A DNA stretch of 64,000 nt from an uncultured Actinomycetes bacterium (GTDB taxonomy: Bacteria; Actinomycetota; Thermoleophilia; RBG-16-64-13): assembly GCA_963841735.1 (NCBI GenBank), contig CAWJDT010000001.1, positions 448,001-512,000 on the forward strand, in the 5' to 3' direction. Shown piece after piece: positions 38,258 through 48,249 of this stretch. The translations under genes and the position numbers were made by a program. The notes below the pieces were generated by a model. The model worked only from the letters and a program-made list of their open reading frames with translations, was not told the origin of the DNA and made no database searches. Numbering within the stretch: the stretch's first letter is position 1; every line of letters begins with the position of its first letter.

Positions 38258-40351
38258 CTAGTCCTCAGGCAAGACCCGGTCGAGAGTGGTCTGTAGGAGC
38301 TTTAGTGACTGCAGGTACATCAGGCTCTTCTTCTTGGCGATGATGTCCGCCTCCCACAGAGCAGCCATGAAGGTCTGCGGATCGTGGAAACGGGGCATGC
38401 GGATGAGGGCGGTTCCCAAAGCCTGCAGCACATGGGCATCACTGCCCGCGCCGGCCACGATGTTGTACTTGGCCGCGAAACGCTCGGCGGCTAGGTTGAA
38501 CGACGACAGCGCCACTTTGGCGTTGTAGATCTCTATGACGTCGATGCGGTGCAGATTGTCCACAAGCGCCCGGTAGGTCGGGGTGGTCCGCAGCGCGTCG
38601 AACGGGTGAGGCACGTACACCAGACCCCCTTGCTCCTTGATGAGCGACAGAGTCTCGTCGAAACTGAGACCGGCGGGGATGCGCTTCTTCAGGAATAGGC
38701 CTATGACCTCGCCCTCCGCGGTCTTCACTTCCTCGGCGACGATGACGAAGGGGTCTCCCTTGGAGAGCTCCTGGGCCAAGAAGGCCCCGTCGATCTCGTT
38801 GTGGTCGGCGATGGCCAAAGCCCCCAGACCGATCTCCCGGGCGGTGGCCAGGATCGACTCCACCGAGGACGCGCAGTCTTTGGAGAAGTTGGAGTGCACG
38901 TGCATGTCGGCGTTGATCCAGTCGGGCCGCACCGGACCCACGGCGGCATGCCGCATGCGCCGCCGGGTCGGTTCCTCGCCGATGCCCCTCACATGAAGGG
39001 AGTAGCCCGCCGCCTGGGTCTTGGCTCCGGCCCCCTCGCGGTTGCTGGTGACGGCGAGAGTCTCCCGGTAGATACCTTCCAGCCTCTCGGCCACCGCGGC
39101 CATGGTGTGCTGATGCGTGTTTGAGGCGGCGCTGCCGGCCGCGCGTGGGGCCTCGTCAAGCCGGGACATCCGAGGCCAGGGTGTCTGAGTCAGAGCCGCC
39201 GCCACGGCCTGACGGAGAGAGCCCGACTCAGTGGCCGAGAAGACCGCGCCCCTGCCCGACGGAACCAGAATGTCGCGCACCGGCGACAGATCGGGTCCGA
39301 CTACCGGACAGCCGCACACCAAGGCTTCGGAGGTTGCGACACCCAGCCACTCGCCCCCCAAGAAGGGAAGAATGGTGACGGCAGCCGCCTGGTACAAGGG
39401 CACCAGCTCATCGGGCTTGTCAAACTCAACCAGGGTGAGACGCGACGCCAGCTTCCGCGGCACCCCCCGGGGTACCCACCGCGCCGTCGAAGGCCGGTGA
39501 AAGGCGACGGCCACCCGGTCCACATCCTCAGGGAAAGCAGCCAAAAGCGAACGGAGCAGGGCGCGATACGAGCGGCGTCCGTCGCCTCGGTAGACATAGA
39601 GGGCGAAAGGACCGGCTGCGGTGTTCGGAGGGGAACTCGCGGCTGCACTCACCCCGGCTGCCACGCCACTCGCCACTCCCGGCATCACCCCTGTTCCGCA
39701 AGGCAGAACCTCGTAGTTGCCCGGATAGAGTTCGTCCATCATCCCCCGGGCAGTGGCAAAAGTGACAACCCGCCCATCCAGCCGCGAGAAGAACCGCTCA
39801 AGCACCGGCTGCCCCATCTCGTACGCCGCCACCCCTACAGGAGTCAGATGAAAAGTGGCCACCACAGGGCTACGGGCCTCCCGCAGCGCCGTGAAGCTTA
39901 ACGAGGGTGCCAGCGGTTCGTGCACATGCAGAAGGTCGAATTCGGCCCCCAGCATCAGCTTCTCTATCCGGGAGGTCACGTCCAAGGGCAACCCCAGGTT
40001 GGCTACCCCTCCGTTCAGACGTATCGGCAGGCTCGACCCTAGTGGGATCACAGGGATGCCGGCCTCAGGCCCCAGTGGCCCGTTGCCGGGCAAGGGAAGA
40101 AGCAGCCGGTCCGGCGGAGCTCCACGACGATAGTCGCCCAGAAGAGTGACCACCTGGCCACGGCTGCGGTGGAAGAGCGCGCGTATGCGCGGCTCATCCC
40201 GAAGATCGCTCGAAGAGACCACCACCACCGGCAACTGACCGCGGCGCTTCAGTTCACGGGCTAAGTCGGCCACATGTTGGTTGACGGCGCTGGGAGTGCT
40301 CCAAGAGAACGGCGTCACTAGAGCTATGTGCAGGTCTCTTGCCACGCTCAC
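38258..40351 (-). CDS. PimA-like GT4 glycosyltransferase fused to PHP phosphoesterase
   Basis: HVHEPLAPSLS, ATFH, E-X7-E; PHP motifs DMHVHS, DHNE, HPF, GSDAH. Confidence 0.82.
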   Translation of the reverse strand: MSVARDLHIALVTPFSWSTPSAVNQHVADLARELKRRGQLPVVVVSSSDLRDEPRIRALFHRSRGQVVTLLGDYRRGAPPDRLLLPLPGNGPLGPEAGIPVIPLGSSLPIRLNGGVANLGLPLDVTSRIEKLMLGAEFDLLHVHEPLAPSLSFTALREARSPVVATFHLTPVGVAAYEMGQPVLERFFSRLDGRVVTFATARGMMDELYPGNYEVLPCGTGVMPGVASGVAAGVSAAASSPPNTAAGPFALYVYRGDGRRSYRALLRSLLAAFPEDVDRVAVAFHRPSTARWVPRGVPRKLASRLTLVEFDKPDELVPLYQAAAVTILPFLGGEWLGVATSEALVCGCPVVGPDLSPVRDILVPSGRGAVFSATESGSLRQAVAAALTQTPWPRMSRLDEAPRAAGSAASNTHQHTMAAVAERLEGIYRETLAVTSNREGAGAKTQAAGYSLHVRGIGEEPTRRRMRHAAVGPVRPDWINADMHVHSNFSKDCASSVESILATAREIGLGALAIADHNEIDGAFLAQELSKGDPFVIVAEEVKTAEGEVIGLFLKKRIPAGLSFDETLSLIKEQGGLVYVPHPFDALRTTPTYRALVDNLHRIDVIEIYNAKVALSSFNLAAERFAAKYNIVAGAGSDAHVLQALGTALIRMPRFHDPQTFMAALWEADIIAKKKSLMYLQSLKLLQTTLDRVLPED

Positions 40352-40433
40352 GTCCTCGACACGCCGAGGCCACACCGGGCGGCGGCCCTTCGAGGGCCGC
40401 CGCCCGGGGGTCCGGGCTAGATATGCTTGTTCG

Positions 40434-41537
40434 CTACTTCTTGGCCGGGGCGCTCGGCTTGGCCGGCGTTCCAGCTATGAAGGCCTCAGTCTTCTGCCGG
40501 GCTTCATCGTCGCTGTACTGGATGGGCGGCGACTTCATGAAGTAGGAGGCCGGTTCGTATAGAGCTCCCGACACTCCGCGGTCCAGAGCCAGCTTCGCGC
40601 AACGCACCGCATCGATGACGATGCCGGCCGAGTTGGGCGAGTCGACCACTTCGAGCTTCAGCTCGATGTTCAAGGGCACATCGCCGAAGGTGCGGCCTTC
40701 CATGCGGATATAGGCCCACTTGCGGTCTTCCAGCCACTCGACGTAGTCCGAAGGACCGATGTGGATGTTCTTCTTGCCCATGTCGTAGTCCAGCTGCGAG
40801 GTGACCGAGTTGGTCTTGGAGATCTTCTTGCTCTCCAGGCGCTCCCGCTCCAGCATGTTGAGAAAGTCGGTGTTGCCACCCACGTTAAGCTGCGAGGTCC
40901 GCTCCAGCTTGACGCCCCGCTCGCGCATGAGCCGGGTGAGCACCCGGTGCACGATGGTGGCCCCCACCTGCGACTTGATGTCGTCGCCGATGACCGGAAG
41001 ACCGCGCTCTGCAAACCGCTCCTGCCAGTACTTCTCGCGGGCGATGAACACCGGGATGCAGTTCACAAACCCGCAACCCGCTTCGAGAATCTGCTCAACG
41101 TACCACTTGGTCGCCATCTCGCTGCCCACCGGCAGGTAGCTGACCACCACGTCGGTTTTGGTGTCCTTGAGAATGCCGACGACGTCGGCTGTTGGTCCAG
41201 GGGCCTTTTCGATAACAGCCGACAGATACTTGCCCAGCCCGTCGTGCGTCATGCCCCGGTGGACCTTGACCCCCATCTCGGGCACGTCGCAGAACTTGAC
41301 GGTACAGTTCTTGCCACCGTCGATGGCCTGCGAAAGGTCCTTGCCTACTTTGGTCTTGTCGATATCGAACGCAGCGGTGAACTCAATATCGGAGATGTGA
41401 TAACCCCCGAGGTTCACGTGCATGAGGCCGGGGACGAACTCATCCGCCTTGGCGTTGCGGTAGTACTGCACGCCCTGAATGAAGGACGATGCGCAGTTCC
41501 CCACCCCGATGATCGCGACCCGTACTTTATCGCTCAA
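40434..41537 (-). CDS. ino1: myo-inositol-1-phosphate synthase
   Basis: [42 protein letters not shown]. Confidence 0.95.
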   Translation of the reverse strand: MSDKVRVAIIGVGNCASSFIQGVQYYRNAKADEFVPGLMHVNLGGYHISDIEFTAAFDIDKTKVGKDLSQAIDGGKNCTVKFCDVPEMGVKVHRGMTHDGLGKYLSAVIEKAPGPTADVVGILKDTKTDVVVSYLPVGSEMATKWYVEQILEAGCGFVNCIPVFIAREKYWQERFAERGLPVIGDDIKSQVGATIVHRVLTRLMRERGVKLERTSQLNVGGNTDFLNMLERERLESKKISKTNSVTSQLDYDMGKKNIHIGPSDYVEWLEDRKWAYIRMEGRTFGDVPLNIELKLEVVDSPNSAGIVIDAVRCAKLALDRGVSGALYEPASYFMKSPPIQYSDDEARQKTEAFIAGTPAKPSAPAKK

Positions 41538-42147
41538 CGATTCCTCCCTGTTTCATTTGCTTGCCGAGTTGGCGGTAGGTGTGGACGACGCGCTGGATGA
41601 CCGTGAACACGGTCAGGGCCAGCATTATGTAGATCACGTACGGCAGAACGTCGAAGAAGAGTCCTAGAGCTATGAGAATGACCCGCTCGGGTCTGCTCAT
41701 GAGCCCCACCTTGCACTCCACTCCCAGGCTTTCAGCCCGAGCTCGAGTGTAACTCACAAGCATGCTGCCCATTAAGGCCAGCACTACCAGAGCCACATCG
41801 ACCTCACGTCCTTGTACGGCGAGCAGATAGGCGATCGCAGAGAGTATGACTCCCTCCGACACCCGGTCCAAAGTCGAATCGAGGAAGGCCCCAAAGGGCG
41901 TTACCTTCTGAGACATGCGGGCCAGCGCCCCGTCGAGCATGTCCATGAGTCCGGCGACCACGAACACGATGCCCGCCCAATACAGGTGGTCGGGCACGAC
42001 GATGACCAGTGCGCCGGCCGCCAGGTTAAGGACGGTACCGGCTATGGTGATCTGATTGGGAGTGATCCTCAGCCACCGCAGGGCCGCCAGCAACGGCAAG
42101 AAGCACCTGCGCAACTGAATCCCGAAGAACTCGCGAATATTCTCCAT
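41527..42147 (-). CDS. pgsA: CDP-alcohol phosphatidyltransferase (PIP synthase-like)
   Basis: TPNQIT; DMLDGALAR...[10 protein letters not shown]; SYTRARAE; overlaps ino1. Confidence 0.85.
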   Translation of the reverse strand: MENIREFFGIQLRRCFLPLLAALRWLRITPNQITIAGTVLNLAAGALVIVVPDHLYWAGIVFVVAGLMDMLDGALARMSQKVTPFGAFLDSTLDRVSEGVILSAIAYLLAVQGREVDVALVVLALMGSMLVSYTRARAESLGVECKVGLMSRPERVILIALGLFFDVLPYVIYIMLALTVFTVIQRVVHTYRQLGKQMKQGGIVER

Positions 42148-42236
42148 TACCTGCTACATTCCGGGTTCCGGGACGCTTGCCCCGGCAAACGGCGATTGTA
42201 ACAGCATCGCTCCCCCTCCACCAACAGTGGGGCGCC

Positions 42237-43448
42237 TCACGGCTTTCTCCTATCCGGCTCGTCTTCCGGGATATCCGGGCGCTCCGGCGGTTTCGGGGAC
42301 TCTACGCGTTCCTGGGGTCGCAACCTTCGGGGGGGCGGCGCCCCCGACCGGGCCGGGATAAGGGCGACGCCGTCATCGCCTGCCCAGGACGCTCTGGAGA
42401 ACTTGAAGTCATAGAAGGTCAGGGTGTGCTTGAGCATCGCGAGAAGCGGCAGCGCCGCAATCATCCCAAGTACGCCCCCGATCTGGGCGCCGGCCAGCAA
42501 CGCGAAGATGACGACGAGGGGATGCACACCCACCGAGCTGCCCACGATGTTGGGAGCAAGAATGTGGCTTTCAAGCTGCTGGATGACCACGTACACGATG
42601 ATGACTACAAGCGCGGCGGTGGGAGAATGGAAGAAGGCGGCTATGACCGGCGGAACAGCGCCCAAGAAAGGCCCCACGTACGGGATGACCTCAGTGATGC
42701 CGGCCCAGACGCCAAACAGCAGCACCCACTGACCGCCCTCCGGCCACACCCCCACGATGTCCCAGCTCAGGACCCAGATGGCAAGTCCGCAGGCCACCCC
42801 GATGGTGGCGCCCAAGAGCGCCTGGCCTCGGACGAAATGGCCGAAGGCTGTTTGCAGGCCCCGAACGTACTTCTCCTTGACTTCGGGCTCGCCCGGCGCC
42901 AGGCGGCAGATGAAGCGGAAGATACGCTTGCCGTCGATGAGCATGTAGAAGCTCACGACCACAGTCAGAAAGAGATTGACCAAGGCCCCCACAACGCTCC
43001 AGCCAACGGAGACCAAGGCGCCGATGGATTGGGTACCGTGTGTCTCCAGCCAGTTGACGATGTCGGCGGTGTTGATGCGCAGGTTAACGTTCAGGTTATG
43101 GGCGGCCAGCCACCCTTGCAGGTCGGCGAGAAGATTGTTGAGCGAGTCCAGCCAGGTGGGAATGACCTCGAAAAGCCGCTGGAACTGTCGGATGAGCGGG
43201 GGGCCAAAGAACACGAACACCACCACGACCACAGCGATGAAAGCCAGGTAGACCGACGGCACCGCGAGCCACCGGGGGCACTTGATGCGACCCAGCGCCA
43301 GTACCACGGGGTTGAGCAGCAACGCCACAATGATGGAAATAAGAAAGACAAAGACGGCATGACTCGCGGCCCGGCCGAAGTAGAGGGCAAGAAAAATCGC
43401 AATGGGAATCAGCAGGAACTGGACCCACCGCGGTATCGTAATGCGCAC
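42237..43448 (-). CDS. AI-2E family transporter
   Basis: FVRGQ, IPYVGP, QQLESHILAP, VHPLVVI. Confidence 0.88.
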   Translation of the reverse strand: MRITIPRWVQFLLIPIAIFLALYFGRAASHAVFVFLISIIVALLLNPVVLALGRIKCPRWLAVPSVYLAFIAVVVVVFVFFGPPLIRQFQRLFEVIPTWLDSLNNLLADLQGWLAAHNLNVNLRINTADIVNWLETHGTQSIGALVSVGWSVVGALVNLFLTVVVSFYMLIDGKRIFRFICRLAPGEPEVKEKYVRGLQTAFGHFVRGQALLGATIGVACGLAIWVLSWDIVGVWPEGGQWVLLFGVWAGITEVIPYVGPFLGAVPPVIAAFFHSPTAALVVIIVYVVIQQLESHILAPNIVGSSVGVHPLVVIFALLAGAQIGGVLGMIAALPLLAMLKHTLTFYDFKFSRASWAGDDGVALIPARSGAPPPRRLRPQERVESPKPPERPDIPEDEPDRRKP

Positions 43449-43602
43449 CTGTGCCCTCCTTGGCCCCGTCTGCTTGGGGCAATGTGCTCTGCGCCAAAGC
43501 TTACCAGCCAACCGAATCCGGCGCCGGGGCCGTGTGGTGTCGGTGTCGGGCCCGCCGGCCATGCCCTGGGCGACCTGGGTGGCAGGTGGTAACGTAACCC
43601 CA

Positions 43603-44409
43603 ATGCAAGAAGAGGTATCCGCACAGGAAGCGCAGCGCCAAGAGGAGCGGCTCAGGCGCAAGAACCGGCGGGCCGCGATGTACCGCCAAAGAAGAATGCG
43701 GCTCGCGTTGGCATTTGCCGCGGTGGTCGTGGTGGTTCTGGGCATAGTCATCGCCGCGGCCACGGGCGGTTCCACAACCCAGGTAGATACTGCGGCCCTA
43801 CTCGCGGGCGGGGCCCGCTCTCCTTCGGCACCCGTGGCCGCGACCTCGGGGGACTATCCCGCCTTCGCCCGTTTGGGCGACCGAAACCTTCTGCTGCCTG
43901 TCAAGGCCAGCGACGCGACCATTGTCGCCTACCAGCCAGTGAGCGATGAGCGAGTCGTCGCGCTTACACCTATTGGACAGAAGGCCAATACTAACGCGAT
44001 CATCCGTTTCTTCAGAGGTATCTTCTCCGCGGAACCGTCGGTGCGCTACTACCAGCTCGAGGGGGGTGCGGGCGAGCCCACCAGTTCGGTGCTGGTGGGC
44101 GCCGCGCCGGGTTCCCCCGTCTACGCCCCCATCTCCGGGGTGGTGACCCGGGTCCACCCGTACATGCTGTTTGGCAAGTACGACGATGTGCAGATCGACA
44201 TCCGGCCCGAGAAGATGGGTGGGGTCACCGTGTCGCTCTTGTTTATCAGCGACCCCATGGTCTCCATCGGCGAGACCGTCACGGCCGGCAAGACAGTGTT
44301 GGGCGCGGTGCGCCGGTGCCCCGAGACACTAGGCGCGGGTCTGTCGGAATACACCCATGACTCCGGTTCACATGTGAACCTGCAGGTAATGGGAGAGCCG
44401 GCCAATTGA
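43603..44409 (+). CDS. Membrane-anchored degenerate M23-like protein
   Basis: Single TM; GSPVYAPISGVV; VSIGETVTAG; HVN in place of HxH. Confidence 0.6.
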   Translation: MQEEVSAQEAQRQEERLRRKNRRAAMYRQRRMRLALAFAAVVVVVLGIVIAAATGGSTTQVDTAALLAGGARSPSAPVAATSGDYPAFARLGDRNLLLPVKASDATIVAYQPVSDERVVALTPIGQKANTNAIIRFFRGIFSAEPSVRYYQLEGGAGEPTSSVLVGAAPGSPVYAPISGVVTRVHPYMLFGKYDDVQIDIRPEKMGGVTVSLLFISDPMVSIGETVTAGKTVLGAVRRCPETLGAGLSEYTHDSGSHVNLQVMGEPAN

Positions 44410-45392
44410 ACGCGCGGTACTGTTCCAAGTGCGGTGGCACCCTCGGAATGCAGCCTGTGGGAGATCGACCCCGCGAGGTTTGCTCTGTCTGCGGAGAGAT
44501 CTTCTACCATAATCCCCTCCCCGCGGCGGCCGCCCTGGTCCTCGACGGCAACCGGCGGGTGCTCCTGGTGCGGCGAAAGTACCCTCCCAACCAGGGGATG
44601 TGGTGCCTTCCCACGGGTTTTGCCGAGATGGGCGAGACCATAGCCGAGGCCGCCCTTCGAGAGCTTCGCGAAGAGACCGGCCTTACAGGCCGAGTGGCGC
44701 GGCTCATAGACGCCGACTCGTGGAAGAGCAGCTTCTACGGCGACGTGCTCGTGGTGACCTTCGAGGTGGACAAACTCTCGGGCACCGAGACCGCGGGGGA
44801 CGACGCCGACAAGACAGGCTACTTCGCCATCGACAGCCTGCCACCCCTGGCCTTCGCCTCCAACGAGAAGGCCATCAGGCTCTGCGCCGACCTCCACCGA
44901 GACGACTGGGCTATCCACGACTCTTTCCACGGCTTGGAGGACGGCACCGGACAGGCCATGCTCTCCGACAGCCTGGTGAGTTTCGTGAGCGAGCACGCTC
45001 AGTTGGTGGCCCGCCTCTGGCTGGCCGACGTACGCTCGAGCCGTACCACCGAGGGCTATAGGCGCCTGGACCCCGAGGCCCTGCTAACCGAGTGCACCGC
45101 CGGACTTCAGCTTCTGGGCCGCTGGCTGGAGGGCGAGAGCACCGAAGAGAAGATCAAGACTTCCTACAGGGGATTGGGAGAGCAGCGCCACACCCAAGGC
45201 ATAGAGGCCCACGAGATGCTCTCCGCGGTACTGCTGCTAAAGAAGCAGATCTGGACGTACGCGCGCTCCCAGGGCGTATGGGAGCGGCCCGTCGATGCCT
45301 ACCGCATGATGGAATTGCAGAGCCGCTTCGCCGTCTACTTCGACAAGGCCGTTTACCACCTGACCCGGGGCTACTCGGACGCTCGGGGGTAG
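44406..45392 (+). CDS. Zn-ribbon NUDIX hydrolase with C-terminal helical domain
   Basis: CSKC/CSVC; GFAEMGETIAEAALRELREETG Nudix box. Confidence 0.85.
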   Translation: MNARYCSKCGGTLGMQPVGDRPREVCSVCGEIFYHNPLPAAAALVLDGNRRVLLVRRKYPPNQGMWCLPTGFAEMGETIAEAALRELREETGLTGRVARLIDADSWKSSFYGDVLVVTFEVDKLSGTETAGDDADKTGYFAIDSLPPLAFASNEKAIRLCADLHRDDWAIHDSFHGLEDGTGQAMLSDSLVSFVSEHAQLVARLWLADVRSSRTTEGYRRLDPEALLTECTAGLQLLGRWLEGESTEEKIKTSYRGLGEQRHTQGIEAHEMLSAVLLLKKQIWTYARSQGVWERPVDAYRMMELQSRFAVYFDKAVYHLTRGYSDARG

Positions 45393-45576
45393 CGCAGGCT
45401 CCGTGGGTGCGTCAAAGGCCGTGAGACACAGGGGGGCCTCCTCAGCTTTGAGCAAGGTAGAAGCCGGCGCGTACGCCCGTCGGCGATAGGACCTCGCGTC
45501 GGAAGCGCTGTTGGCCGCCGTCCATCACCCGGCCGACGTTGGCCTTGAACCTAGATGGGTAGGGGTGTGAGCAACC

Positions 45577-46116
45577 CTACTCGGACAGATCAATGAACTG
45601 TGCGACCACTACCACAGCAACAACAAGAGCTCCGGCGACACTCACCCCGATGTGCCACATCTTCAGCCGGCACACTCTCCGGCCGTCTCGCCCGCAGAGC
45701 GTCAGCTGCATTGCCTGGGCCAGCTGCCCCCCTAGCCCTCCCGAGACAACGTACACGGCCACACCGAGAGCGAGCCGTAGGTGGCTGTAGCTGGGCGAAA
45801 TGCTGCGAGTCCCAATCAAAGAAGACATGAGCACCATGACACCAAGACAGAGTCCAAACCATAGTCCGTGCTGCCACTTGATGGGCGTTCTATGGACAAG
45901 ACAGAAGACAAAGGAACCGAGGAGGGGCGGAGCAACCAGAGTGAGCATCCAAATGCCTAGGTTGCCCGATTCACCATTTGCGACAGACGACAGCGATAGG
46001 ACGAGGCCGAGAGAAAGAAACCATGCCATAACTCCAAGCAACGCGCTGCCGACCAATCGACCGCCGGTCGACCAAAGGGATCGCCACCTTGGGTTCTTCT
46101 CCGTTCCGTCTGTCAT
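45577..46116 (-). CDS. Hypothetical membrane protein
   Basis: About 5 hydrophobic segments, GGGGAGG RBS, lower GC than neighbours. Confidence 0.55.
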   Translation of the reverse strand: MTDGTEKNPRWRSLWSTGGRLVGSALLGVMAWFLSLGLVLSLSSVANGESGNLGIWMLTLVAPPLLGSFVFCLVHRTPIKWQHGLWFGLCLGVMVLMSSLIGTRSISPSYSHLRLALGVAVYVVSGGLGGQLAQAMQLTLCGRDGRRVCRLKMWHIGVSVAGALVVAVVVVAQFIDLSE

Positions 46117-46183
46117 TCTGCCTCCCCCAAAAGTGCACTCCAGCCAGCAGCGAAAGCCTACCACCAAGGGGCCCATGGGCAGC

Positions 46184-46257
46184 GGCCGAGCGAAGCAAGG
46201 GCCCAGGCGGCCGAGCGAAGCAAGGGCCACCAGCAAGGGCCGAGCGAAGCGAAGGCC
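46184..46257. repeat. Three copies of GGCCGAGCGAAGC(A/G)A(G/A)GGCC
   Basis: Copies at 46184, 46209, 46238. Confidence 0.8.
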
Positions 46258-46316
46258 GGCCCAATGGTGTGACACTCAGCGCCAACATGCCTCCGAGCGA
46301 CCCATCTAGCGTCAGC

Positions 46317-46458
46317 GCGCGGCCGCGCCCCGACCAGGAGGGTTCGGCCTAGTCCGATGTGCGCTTTCGCAGCGAGACGCGCACGGGTTGTACGCGCCGC
46401 GAAGAAAGCGTGCATCGGGATAGGCCGCACTCACTGAAAGGTAGGGGCGCTGCCGCGC
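46317..46458. repeat. Long imperfect palindrome of about 140 nt
   Basis: Arms 46317-46331/46444-46458 and 46345-46368/46404-46427. Confidence 0.75.
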
Positions 46459-46472
46459 AGCCCCCAAGCTAG

Positions 46473-47495
46473 CTAGACGTTGAAGCGGAAGTTCACAATA
46501 TCCCCGTCGGCGACGATGTAGTCCTTGCCTTCCACCCGCAGGACCCCGGCATCGCGGCAGGCCTTCGTGTTTCCGTGCTTCATGAAGTCGTCGTAGGAGA
46601 CGATCTCAGCTCGGATGAAGCCCCGCTGGATGTCGGAATGGATGGCCCCGGCCGCTTCGCGGGCCGTTTCGCCGGCGCGGATGGGCCAAGCCCGCACTTC
46701 ATCGGTGCCGGAAGTGAGAAAGCTGATGAGCCCCAACTCTTTGAAGGCCGCCTGGGCCACCACGTCGGCCGCCGGCCCCGGCAAGCCGAGAGCCGCCGCG
46801 TACTCCTCCTGCTCCTCTATGGAAAGACGAGCCACTTCCAATGCGTCGAGAAAGGGAAAGGCCACCACCGGGCGGCCCCGGGCCGGACCTTCGAGCGCCG
46901 GCGCCTCGCGGCCGGCCTCCGCCGCCGCCTCAGCCTCGGTGTTCAGCAAGAGCAACTGCGGGGTGAGTGTGAGGAACTGATATCCCTTGATGAAAGAGAG
47001 CTCTGCCTCCTCAAAAGCGACCTCGCGCAGGGGGGTCTCGGCTTCCAGCACCTCTTGACAGCGAGTGAGGGCCTTCTTGCCGGCATCGGACAAAGGCGTC
47101 TTCTTGGTCCGCTCGAACGCGCGCTCCACGCGAATGAGGTCGAACATAAGGAACTCATGGTCCAGCTCGGCGAGATCGACATCCGGGCGAGCCGGCTCCC
47201 CCAGGAGAGGATTGTCGAAGGCACGCAATACGTGCAGATAGAGTTGTCCGCCGGCGAGTGCGTCCAGGTAGCGTTCCATCTCGCCCTTGCGCGCGCTGGC
47301 CTCCGGCCACCCCACTTCCTGCACCTTGAGTTCGGCAAAAGTGGTCTTCTTGGGTTGAAAGATCTCGGAAAGAGCGCGCACCCGCGAGTCGCCTACGTGC
47401 ACAGTGGCGATGTGCCCTTCGCCCCGCCCCTCAGCTAGGGCGGCCACTAAGGTGCTCTTGCCGCAGCCCTTAAGTCCGATGATGCGTGCTTCCAC
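46473..47495 (-). CDS. YchF-like protein (DUF933 C-terminus), divergent G-domain
   Basis: GLKGCGKST; EVRAW, AAGAIHSD..RGFIRAE, EGKDYIVADGD. Confidence 0.8.
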   Translation of the reverse strand: MEARIIGLKGCGKSTLVAALAEGRGEGHIATVHVGDSRVRALSEIFQPKKTTFAELKVQEVGWPEASARKGEMERYLDALAGGQLYLHVLRAFDNPLLGEPARPDVDLAELDHEFLMFDLIRVERAFERTKKTPLSDAGKKALTRCQEVLEAETPLREVAFEEAELSFIKGYQFLTLTPQLLLLNTEAEAAAEAGREAPALEGPARGRPVVAFPFLDALEVARLSIEEQEEYAAALGLPGPAADVVAQAAFKELGLISFLTSGTDEVRAWPIRAGETAREAAGAIHSDIQRGFIRAEIVSYDDFMKHGNTKACRDAGVLRVEGKDYIVADGDIVNFRFNV

Positions 47496-47592
47496 CGCTG
47501 CCTCTCTTGCCGTTCCGGGATATGTCCCAGTGTAACCCGTTCGGCCAAACCGTGGGACAATTGCGCCGCCTCAAACTACCGAAGGATGGAAT

Positions 47593-48210
47593 ATGCACCG
47601 TCGAACAATGAAACTACTGCTACTGCCGGCAGCGCTTGCGCTATCAGTGTCGATACTTGCCGCCGGCTGCGGCACCGCCACCACCGACGCCAGTGTCAAG
47701 AACTATGTGGATGCCGACTACGGCTACAGCTTCGACTACCCGGGCGCATGGAAGCTGGTCGATAGCGGCCAGGCCAACGCCACCAGCGGCGCCAGCGCGG
47801 TATCGATCATCACCGTCGGCGACCCCGACGGGACCGAGGTGGACGGCACCGGTCTCGACCTGATGATGGTCCAGATCTACAAACTCAGCGTCACCTTCGA
47901 CGAGACAATGATGCCCGATGCCTTGGCGGCACTTGAGCCGCTCATGGCCAGTCTTCCGGCACAGGATCCCACATGGAAAGAGGAGACGCCCCTCACCGAG
48001 ACGGAAGTTGGCGGGGCGCCCGGCTATGTGACCACGTCCACTTTCTCGGCCGACGATGGTACGCCGATGAGGACAACGTCTTACTTCATCTTCTTGGGCA
48101 ACATCGAGTACCAGTTGGTGATCCAGGCCTCCTCTGAGAACTGGGCGAAGGACCAGGCGATCTTCGACGCCTTCCTGGCGAGCTTCAAACTAGTCCCAGC
48201 GGCTCTGTAG
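47593..48210 (+). CDS. Lipoprotein, PsbP/DcrB-like fold
   Basis: LAAGC lipobox; YGYSFDYP..W; FDAFLASFK. Confidence 0.65.
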   Translation: MHRRTMKLLLLPAALALSVSILAAGCGTATTDASVKNYVDADYGYSFDYPGAWKLVDSGQANATSGASAVSIITVGDPDGTEVDGTGLDLMMVQIYKLSVTFDETMMPDALAALEPLMASLPAQDPTWKEETPLTETEVGGAPGYVTTSTFSADDGTPMRTTSYFIFLGNIEYQLVIQASSENWAKDQAIFDAFLASFKLVPAAL

Positions 48211-48249
48211 CAACCAGGCGACGAGAGCGGGAGCGCCTGGGGACAAGAT

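Noticed and set aside
46184-46257. CRISPR mini-array
   Set aside because: Repeats are 20 nt with 5- and 9-nt gaps, and no cas genes are present
46304-46478. Integron attC site
   Set aside because: Ends read ATCTAGC/GCTAGAC rather than RYYYAAC/GTTRRRY, spacing does not fit and no integrase is nearby
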